Positions 26,619 to 36,375 of a stretch of DNA of 64,000 bases are shown one piece after another. The position numbers and the translations under genes are program-made. The DNA lies in NCBI RefSeq assembly GCF_009914755.1, contig NC_060930.1; one strand, given 5' to 3'. Position 1 is the stretch's first letter; the number at the start of each line of letters is the position of its first letter. Source of the stretch: the human T2T-CHM13v2.0 reference genome, Homo sapiens. Under the pieces are notes generated by a model, which was not told where the DNA came from, searched no databases, and worked only from the letters and a program-made list of their open reading frames with translations.

Positions 26619-26749
26619 GAAAAAAATAAAATCAGTATATCGAAGAGAGAGTATCTGAGCTCTCATGTTTATTGCAGAACTATTAACAATAGCCAAGATA
26701 TGAAATCAACTTAGGTACCCATCAACAAATGAATGGAAAAGTTTCGTAT

Positions 26750-26794
26750 ACACACACGCACACACACAAACACACACACACACACACACACACA
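26750..26794. repeat. (CA)n microsatellite
   Basis: Seen directly. Confidence 0.95.
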
Positions 26795-27300
26795 ATATTA
26801 TTCTACCACTTAAAAAAATGAAATCTTGTTATTTGCAACAACATAGTTGAAATTGGAGGACATTAATTTAAATGAAATAAGCCAGGTACAGAAAGAGAAA
26901 TGTTATATGTTCTCACTCATTTGTGGTAGCTAAAAAAAAATATTTGATCTCATGAAGGTAGTGAATACAATGGTGGTTACTAGAGGCTGGGAAGTATAAT
27001 GGGGAGGGAATAATAGGATAAAGGATAATTAGAAGGAATAAGATCTAGTGTCTGGTAGCACAGTAGGGTCAATTTAATTAAAAACAATTTATCACATATT
27101 TCAAAATATCTTGAAAAATCAATTTGGAACATTCCCAACACAAAGTAATGATACATGCTTGAAGGATGGATATCCCAATTACCCAGATTTGATCATTACA
27201 TATTGGATGCTTGTATCAAAATACACATGTACCCCATAAATATTTACGATTAATATATGTCCATAAAAGTTAAAAATAATAAAATAAAATAAAAAATAAA

Positions 27301-27383
27301 GACAGAAGAAAAGAAAAATAAAGGAAAGAAGGAAGGAAGAAAGAGAGGAAGGAAAGAAGGAAGGAAGGAAAAGAAAGAAAAAA
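27301..27383. repeat. (GGAA)n/GA-rich low complexity
   Basis: Seen directly. Confidence 0.85.
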
Positions 27384-28281
27384 CACAATCCATGCAATAG
27401 CTGGGAGAATGAGGTGTTTATTAGCAGTCAAACATTTTGGTTTGTTTATTTGGTGAAGTGATTCACAATGTTAATAATCTTAAAATTAAAAATACTAACA
27501 AAATTTAAAATATTAGTTTATTTGGAAAATGTGAATCTAATAATGAGTGAAAGTAATTTATAATTTTCATTAATAAATTATTTTCCATTTTCTGTTAATT
27601 AATGTTGTATGGATCAGAGTCTAGATTTTTACTATCTAATGCCAATCAAATTTTCTACTGACAAGCTCTAGTAATTCCTCCTATAAGTAATAGAAATATT
27701 ATTGCTGTATATTGAGTAAGTAGTAAGTAAGTAGTCTAATGGACAATGCTGTCTTTGAAGTGCTTTAGCTGATGATTCTTATTCAGTTCATCTAATTGAA
27801 AATTACAGCTTTTTATTTCATATATTGCTATATAGTTTGGGCAGAGATTTTTCAGCCATATCCTTGTAACTTTTTTTCGTCATTTCTATTTTAGAGAAAA
27901 ATTCTCTGAATTATTTAGTTAATAGTTCACAGATATGAAACTAGCCCATACTGCTTGTAAACCAGATGCTATTCCCACTTTATTGTCTTATAGGTCACAA
28001 CAGTTGAGCACCATTTCGTGAGAACATTCTCAGAAGATAATACAATTCATTTTTCTCTATGTATTTGAAATCCCTACTTGTAGTTAGATAATACATATTT
28101 TGAAAATTGTTTAGCAATGACAAGCTCGGATGGAGTAGCTTAGGTTGAAGGTAGGTGCTGAAACTTCTCTTGTCATATAGTATTAAGAGTAATAATTATT
28201 GCTCACAATATCAGTATATGTAGAACAAGCTACACTCATAACTGCTTGTTTAATATCTTTTTTCTGTTACTCAATTAACAA

Positions 28282-28367
28282 TTTTTTTTTAAATTTTTTA
28301 ACATGAAAGAAAGTTTATTAAGAAGGTAAAGAAATAAAAGAATGGCTACTCCATAGACGGAGCAGCC
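28282..28367 (-). mobile_element. ERV1 LTR stub (MER41/MER51/MER61-type R region) with poly(A) tail
   Basis: Minus strand reads ggctgctccgtctatggagtagccattcttttatttctttaccttcttAATAAActttctttcatgtt followed by an A-rich tail. Confidence 0.75.
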
Positions 28368-29735
28368 AATAAATAATATTTCTTAAATAAACAGAGAAAA
28401 TATTTTTAAAAAAGGAATTAATGAACAAAATGTCTAAATAAAGAATAAAAATATAAATAATAAAAACAATATCCCAGATATTTAAGCAAAATCCATTATT
28501 AATAAGACATGATTTAAACTACACTTAAAATAGTCTATCATAATAAGACTGAAGTTTATTATATAGGAAATACTTAAAGTTCTATTTATGATTCCTGCAC
28601 TTTGGGAGTTTTGGTCTAAAAATTTCAGCTAGAGGGTGATTTGTCTCTTAATTATCAATTTGTACATATGACAGAGCATGAGGATGTTAATGATTGCACA
28701 ACATGAATTAATTGGTTTCTATGATTTCTAAGATTTGAGACTTCCCAAGTATTCTGACCCAGAACTCAAAAGATGAAGCCCTGTGTTTAGTAATTCTAAC
28801 TTTGAAGAGTCTCCTAACGTTAAAGAAAAATTAGCTTTGGTTTTATAAATTGCACATTTGTTTATTTACAGACTACCTTAAAAAAGATAATGAAAATTTG
28901 ACTATCTACTGAATTTAACTCACTCAACTCTTATTGAAAATAATGAGTCTTTAACAAGTTTATGACATTTTAAGCCCGTTGTAAATTCAAAAATCATGAA
29001 AAATTGATGAGAGTCCTCAGATAATAAAATATAATTTTTAATATTTTTCATAAATTAAACTGTATCACCAATAATTTATCAACTATCATGAATAATTATA
29101 ATTATATTCATATTATAAGTTCATATGCTTCTAAATACTTGATTTTAACTTCCCAACTACATCTATAGCCTGAAGTACTGACATTTGATAGCATTTTCTA
29201 TAAAGTTACACAAAATATGTTTCAGTTGCACAAGAGATTGTTGAATAGTGAATGTTTAGAAATAAAATATTCAGAAATAATAAGTGTCAAAAATGTAACA
29301 TTGATAACAGAATATTTGAAACAATTACCTTAAAGTATACTCACTGCATTTTGATGAGAAATAAATTTTTTTAAAGAAATAAGGGTAATGATGTTAACTT
29401 ATATTTAAACTCTGGTTAGCGTATGAAAAGGAGTATTGGTATTTCTTCAGAAATATCAGAAGAAAAACAAACAAATTTATAGATTATGAGTGAATAGAGC
29501 TTAAAGAGAACTATGAGATATTCAACAAATATGTAACCTTTTCTCTTTGTTTGCAAGAAATAAGGAGTATATTCATTGCAATAATAAAGTTGTGTCTAAC
29601 TCCACCCCCAAAACTCACACATACATGCATAAATACATCTCATTTACTTAGTGACCTGGCAAATGAAGGTGATTATAGGGGAAGAGCCCATTTAAGGTGT
29701 TTGAATGCATCAGAGGGCAAATTGTAGAGATAGAA

Positions 29736-29793
29736 CATAATAATAATTTATAATAATTATTATAATTAGGAATAATAAGTAATAATAATAAAT
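29736..29793. repeat. (TAA)n degenerate repeat
   Basis: Seen directly. Confidence 0.75.
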
Positions 29794-31401
29794 TCCTTTT
29801 GTTTCACCATGTTTTCAAGATTCACTCACATATGAGTTCCCACTCATTTGTATGCTGAAAAAAAATTTTTAAAAAGGTAACAGTCAATGTATCTCTTCCC
29901 AAAATTCATTCATTAGCACCATGCAATATATTTTGAGATCTGTGTGCTCTATCTTTAATTGGTAAGGTTATATTTTTTATCAATGAACATTTGCTTTCTT
30001 ATTTTTACATAACTACAGAAGACAGATTATACTTTTAATTTTAAGTAATTTAATAGCAACATAGTTTGGGATGAACTAATTTTCTCCTTAAGTATAAACA
30101 TCCTGACTGCCTAGAGAAACTCTGTATAAGCATGTACATTTATGTTTTCCAATTGCATTTTCCATCTTTAATTCATGTTCATATTGTACATGAATTAAAA
30201 TTATATTTCTACATATATAATGAATTTATTCAATTTTTCAAGAAAGATTTTCTTCAAACTATGTATTTTTTATGGATTTCCAAAATTTGAGACCATATTA
30301 AAATATCTGAATGCATTTTAACATTTTCTAGCAAATCAGTGTTTTAGATTTTATAAAAATTCAGAATGATTATTAAATTATGAAAAAGATATAAATATAG
30401 TAACATAATAGGAATTATAGTTTGATTAGATAAATTTTGAAGGGGAAATTAAAACCTATTTCCATGAATGCCAGGAATGCTTCATGAATAAATGCAGTCC
30501 TTCGTTTTAAAAGCAGAAACAAAAAGGATAGTTACATTTATTTTATTTTAAATAATGATTAATATGGTGAAACAAATTGCATTATTTTTAATAGAATCAC
30601 AGTGGTCTTGGACAATCCAACTACAAACCCTAAATGGATCCAGAGACACAAAACTGAAGAGATAGTATGTGTTCTCTTTCTTCCCCCTTCAAATTCTACC
30701 AAAATGCAACTACCACAGTCCGACTCAGCTAACACTGAGGGTCTATACATATTTGATGTTTCTTTTGTGAATTTCAAATTAAAAAATCAATATTCCTCTG
30801 TTATTTCATTTCAGAGGCTTGATAGAGATAATGTGGTAATATACAGTTGAATAGAAAATACTCTATATGTGTCAAATAGACTCAGGATTTCAGCACTAGA
30901 ATAGCTTTGGGCATTCCTTTTGTGTTGCTTCTCAAAAAATGCCTGCCTCTTGTAGTCCTCTTAGCTATATCACACAGTTATATTTAATCAACACTTGTTA
31001 GTGTGGCAATACAGAATGCACTAGTTGGGGTAGGGTTCTGTGTTCTTTTCTGTAATTCAGTTTTATTCATGCATTATGAACCCTATCTTAGGAATGTGGC
31101 CTTCACAAGTGCCACCGACCCGCCAACAAGTAATGCTATGACAAATACTTATTCTAGCTCTTGCCCCATGGGAAGAGCTTCAAAGTTTTTCTTATTTTTT
31201 CTTCACCAGCTGCAGTGGGTTTCCCACTACATATTCAGGTGGTGGATTTTATATCTTTGCTCCTGCTAACTAAAGCTTTTGTAACACATGCAAGGTAGAG
31301 AATTTCAATGACATTTTTTCCCTTTTCCATGCCACCACGCTGCAATGGAATTTGACTAGTGCCCTCTGGGATACGATTTTAATGACCTTTTCCCCACATA
31401 G

Positions 31402-31454
31402 AGTGTGTGGGCGTGTGTGTGTGTGTGTGTGTGTGTGTCTGTGTGTCTGTGTGT
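31402..31454. repeat. (TG)n microsatellite, interrupted
   Basis: Seen directly. Confidence 0.95.
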
Positions 31455-32099
31455 ATTTCTGTAGTGAAGGTAGTAGAGATGAGTTGGGACAAAGTTTGAC
31501 AGTGGCTGCCATCCCCATTTCCCTATCAGCAGCAGAGAGTGGGATATGCCTTCACTGTATTCTTTACACGATAAACTTTTTAAAAATTTGTGTATTCCCA
31601 GAAGAGTAGACAGCAAGTGTGTGGGTAACTCTCTGTATCTGTGGTCCTTAGGGACTTCACACAGGCCAGTCCATATTCAGTCCTCAGCATCCCTTTAAAT
31701 TTCTCCAGTTTTATTTCCCTTTCTGCTTATGCGGTGTTGAGCAGCAGCATCCCCAGGTAGATATATGTTCAGATCCCATTTCTCCCTGAAAACATCTGTC
31801 ACTATAAAATTTTGGTTTGATACTTTGTCCTGTGACCCCAATTTTGTAATGTGTTCATGCGAAGTTATTTTACAGTCATTCAATTTATTTATTTTTCCTA
31901 TTTTCTGGATTAGAATGAAACTTTACATAGCACTCAGGACTCTTGTGCTAAAACTAGAAGTCTACTTGATGATTTTAAAATTATACTTCCATAATTACGT
32001 CTTCTATGAAATAAAGATATTTTGTATACATTTTATTATGTTTAATCAGTGACTCAATTCCAATATTTTTTCTATTCATATTGCTTATTTTGGTTTTAA

Positions 32100-32720
32100 G
32101 TCAATTTGTTCCTGTCTAATGACAGACAAATTTTATTTTGATATACTATATTTTGTAGAACGTATTTGTCACAGTATCATAGGCTCTGGCTGATGTTATA
32201 TTCTGAAGAGAATTTAATTTTTCAATGTGGTTGTCAGAGCATGACCTGATCACCGAAACTTTGTCTTGGAATGAGCTGTTTGAAGTTGAGTTGCAGGCAA
32301 GTATGTGTGCTCATATATTTTATCATTGCTAGTGCAAAACCTCAATAATATTTCACTTTTAGGTTCCTACCTGGGGTGTATGGGAGAGAACTCATACCTG
32401 CATTGGCCCTATACTCATTTATTCTCTCCCAAACCGTGTGAAGATAAAGAAAAACTCACTGGAAGAATAGCCACGTGCCAACTCTTTCAATTAATCTTGT
32501 AGTTTCAAAGCCCCTATATCTAATATTGTTAAATTTCCTGATGGAATAAACACGAGAAAAAGCTGGACTCATCTCAGTATCCTTCCTTTTTCTTCAAACC
32601 TTGGATACTAGATGTCATGCGCTCTTGGCATTTCCCAGATGCTTTCTTAGAGATTTTTTTTAATCTTGATGTTGACAGTGCAAGGATGCTTCCACTAAGA
32701 ACTGCTTTGCCATTGCTCTA
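32100..32720 (-). mobile_element. Possible very old L1ME/HAL1 5'-region fragment
   Basis: 'ggctctggctgatgttatattctgaagagaattt...cctgatcacc' weakly resembles L1ME/HAL1. Confidence 0.3.
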
Positions 32721-33086
32721 AGCAATGTTTAAAGTTGGATATAGAAATGTTTGATGCTATTGTTTCATTTATTTTTAAGCCTCTTCTCAAACATCACATT
32801 CTTTTTTTCATTTTACAAAACTTTTTTTACATACACAGTGAATCTTTTATTTTGGGGGCTCATTGTAAATATTTCTATGATACAACTTAATAAACTACTT
32901 TAGGTTAAATTGTTTGCATGTCTTGTGTTCTACTGATTATAAAGCTTATAGAGGAATTAGAATTATCATTAAATACAGAATTCATCACTTTGCACAACTC
33001 TGTTAGGCACAAATAAATTACCACAATTTAGTTAAATAACACCGGCCCCCAAAACACAGTTCAAATTTCCTTTATAGTGGTGTATA

Positions 33087-33992
33087 TTTTTACAGATCTA
33101 TTGAGGCATAATGGACAAATAAAACTTGTATACATTTAAGGTATATAAAGTAATGTTTTGATATACATATATATTGTGAAATAATTACCATGAGCAAGCT
33201 TATTAACACATCCACCACCACACGTAGTAATGTTTTTGTGTGTGTACTGAGAATACTTAAAATCTACTCTAGTACCAAATTTCAAGTACTGCACTCCCAA
33301 GGTATCTGCAGGGAATTGTTTCCAGGATTCCAGGGATACCAAAATCTGCAGATGCTCAAGTCCCACACTTGGCCCTGCAGAACTTGCAGACACAGAAATC
33401 CTAACACAAATACTGCATTGTCCATCTGTACCTGGTGGAATCAGTGGATGCGGAACTTGTGTACATGGAGTGCCAACTGTATTCAATACAATATTATTAA
33501 CTATAGCCATTGTGCTGTACATTAGGTTGTCAGAACTTATTCATCTTATAACTGGAAATTTGCTCCCTTTTACCAATCTGTTTCTATTTTCCCACCCACC
33601 AACTTCTTCTGGGTCATTACTCTTCTATTCTGTGGCTCTCTGAGTTCAACATTTTCAGAATCTACACGTAATTAAGATCATGGAGTATTTGTCTACTATG
33701 TCTGTCTTATTCCACATAGCATAATGTCCTTCATATTCATTTATGTTTTCACAAAAGGCAAAGTTTCCTTACTTTTAAAAGTTGAATAATATTTCATTAT
33801 ATCAATTTTGTATCTGTTAAACCATTGACAGACACATAGGTTGTTTCCATATCTTAGTTATAAAAAATAATGCTGCAATGAATATGGGGTTATAGATAAT
33901 TCTTTAAGATATTGATAATATTTTGTTTGCATATATACCTATAAGTAGTAGTATTGGATCATATGGTAGTTATATTTTTAAATTTTTATAGA
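33087..33992 (-). mobile_element. L1MA8/9-type 3' end, interrupted by MER2
   Basis: 'tattgaggcataatggacaaataaaa...attaacacatccaccacc...gaatacttaaaatctactct' continuing to 'ggatcatatggtagtt'. Confidence 0.85.
33289..33479 (+). mobile_element. MER2/MER2B (Tigger-derived) MITE
   Basis: 'ggtatctgcagggaattgtttccaggattcc...gataccaaaatctgcagatgctcaagtccc...ggagtgccaactg', flanked by TA (33287-33288 and 33480-33481). L1 resumes in register. Confidence 0.85.
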
Positions 33993-34004
33993 AATAATAG
34001 TTTC

Positions 34005-35051
34005 CAATAATAAAATTTTATGACAATAAATGCCTACATGAAGAAAGGGAAAAATCAACATAGGAACATAATTTTACACTTTGTAAAACAATAATAAACC
34101 AGGGTCAAAGTTAGCAGAAGAAAACAACAATGAATGTTAGAGAAGAAATTAATAACAAGAGACTTGAGGCTGGGCGTAGTGGTTCATGACTGTAATCCCA
34201 GCATTTTGGAAGGCCAAGGTGGGCGGATCACAAGGTCACGAGTTCTAGACCAGCCTGGACAACATGGTGAAACCCCATCTCTACTAAAAATACAAAAAAA
34301 AAAAAAAAAAAAAAAATAGAGAGGCTAGAAAAACAAGATAAAAGACTAACAAAACTTACAGTTTGGGTTATGGAAAGATAAATAAAATTAGCAAACCTTT
34401 AGGTAGGCTAACAAAAAGAGAGAAGTCTTTTAAATAAGTAAAATGTGAAATGAAAGATAATGTGTTAAAACTGGTAGCGCAGAAAAACAAAGAATTGTGA
34501 GAGACTATTATAAAAGATTGTACACCAGTGAACTGGATAACCTTGAAGAAATGAATAAATTCCTGGAAACATACAATCTGCGAAGACCAAATCATGAAGA
34601 AATAGAAAATTTGAACACATCAATAATGAGAAAGGAGACTGAGTCAGTAATGAAAATCTCTCATCAAAAAGAAGGCCAGCCCTGATGGCTTCACTGATGA
34701 ATTCTACCAAAAATTTAAAGAATAATTACAATAGATCATTTCTCAATTTTTCTAAAAATATGAAGAGGAGTGAACACTTCTGAGCTCATTTCATGAGGCC
34801 AGTGTTATCCTGACACCAAAGCCAGGAAGAACACTACAAGGAAACAAAATCACAGGCTAATATCTTTAATGAACATATACAAAAATCCTCAACAAAATAC
34901 GCACAAACCAAATTCAGCAGGACCTTAGAAAGATCATACACCATGATTAAGTGTGGTGTATCCCTTGGATGGAAGGATGGTTCAACATTTGTAAATCAGT
35001 AAGTATGATACATCACATTAACAGAATGAAGAATCAAAATTATATGATCAT
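34005..35051 (+). mobile_element. L1M ORF2 fragment (sense), possibly the inverted 5' part of the adjacent L1MA
   Basis: ORF track 'MRDYYKRLYTSELDNLEEMNKFLETYNLRRPNHEEIENLN' is L1 ORF2p. Ends at 'cacattaacagaatgaagaatcaaaattatatgatcat'. Confidence 0.85.
34168..34316 (+). mobile_element. AluS (Sg-like) left monomer only, with 23-nt A run
   Basis: The left arm runs to 'ctactaaaaatac', then A23 (34294-34316), and there is no right arm. Confidence 0.9.
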
Positions 35052-35184
35052 AGTATGTTATCTATGATTAATCCCATAAAACATGGACTTTGTTGCTAGA
35101 CCTTAAGTCTAAATATCACTACGTAAATAACATATGTCTCTCATTATCCATGATTATTTATGTTCTATCCATTTTTTTTTGAAG

Positions 35185-36375
35185 AATGATCACTGTAAGT
35201 CTAACATTCAGTTCATATACCTACAGCAAAGCATGTAGTTGCATTGACTCTCTGACTCCTAGTGATAAACTTATGTGACACTTTATAGAAATGGGGTAGC
35301 AAAAGAAGAAGCTGACCAACAAAGATGAAAGTATAGCAAAGAAATAAATGTGACAATTCTGGTAGTGAAATTGAATGTGATTAGAAGATTTGTAAATGGC
35401 AACAACAAAGCAAATATAGGAATTGACCCTGGCCTTCATGAAGTTAAGATATAGACTGAGTTGAAAAATTATTATAAATATAAAACACAGGACAAAGGTG
35501 CTTCAACTTCTGAAAACTACATTAGGAACAGAAACCCGTTTATGGTTGAAATGAAATATTTATTTCTATTTTGGATTAAATATTTCCATTAAAAAAGGAA
35601 ATACAATTCCAATCTCTTTGTAAAAATCTTGCCCAAAACATTGGGGTTAGCTACCACACTGAAAGAATATGGTAATTACAAAGAGACTGTGGAAAATCTT
35701 TACTATGAATAAAAATTGATCTCATAATGTTGGAAGATGGAGTGCACTGCACTGATTAATTTTAAGGTATCTGGTGAAGTTACCACTCCAGATAAAGATA
35801 TTGATGTAAAATTTGCAATCAGCTTCCAAGGATTTGTTAAGACAGCTGTTTGTGACTAAAGGATGACAATTTCTCAGAGGAAGTGACAAGGGACAAATAT
35901 TTACATTAAAGGAACTCTCAGATATATTGCCTGATGTAGACACTGCAAAGGACAAAATGCTGAGAGCTAATATAAATGTAGAGAAGACTCCAATTCACCA
36001 GCCAAGGCATAGAAACGAATCTCTCTCTCTATAGAAACTTATGCAATTAAAAGAAGACAAACAATGTTTAAACTATTTTTGTTTAAACAAATAAATATTG
36101 CTTAAATAATGTTTAGGCTATTTTTCTGAGGACTCTGGAAAAATGTTTACAAACAAATAAAATATTTAATTCTAAATGTTTATTTTTAAATTATTGTGAA
36201 ATACATACTAGTTTTACTTTATTTTTTCATTGTCTTATAAATTCAAAAGTAATATAATTGTTAACGTTTTCAAAATTTTTAAAGTTTACAGAAAAATAAA
36301 TTTTTTCAATTGATTATTAATATCACTTGCACAGTTTTAGCTTTTTATACTGCATTACTGTGCAAAGGAGAAAAG
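35185..36375 (+). mobile_element. Tigger-family DNA transposon remnant (Tigger13a-like)
   Basis: 'cagaggaagtgacaagggacaaatatttacattaaaggaactctcagatatatt...gcaaaggacaaaatgctgagagcta...gccaaggcatagaaa' and terminal-like 'actgtgcaaagga'. Confidence 0.6.

Larger units (their letters stand above)
25621..27300 (+). mobile_element. L1MA4/5-type 5'-truncated element, split by an ~0.9-kb insertion
   Basis: L1 at 25621-25732 ('...aaaagaaaggaaatca') resumes at 26635 ('gtatatcgaagaga'). The 3' UTR and A-tail run to 27300. Candidate TSD aaagtcagaa (25611-25620) / aaagacagaa (27298-27307). Confidence 0.85.

Noticed and set aside
31355-31372. CTCF-like motif agtgccctctggga
   Set aside because: It lacks the terminal TGG of the core consensus, so it cannot be supported without ChIP data.
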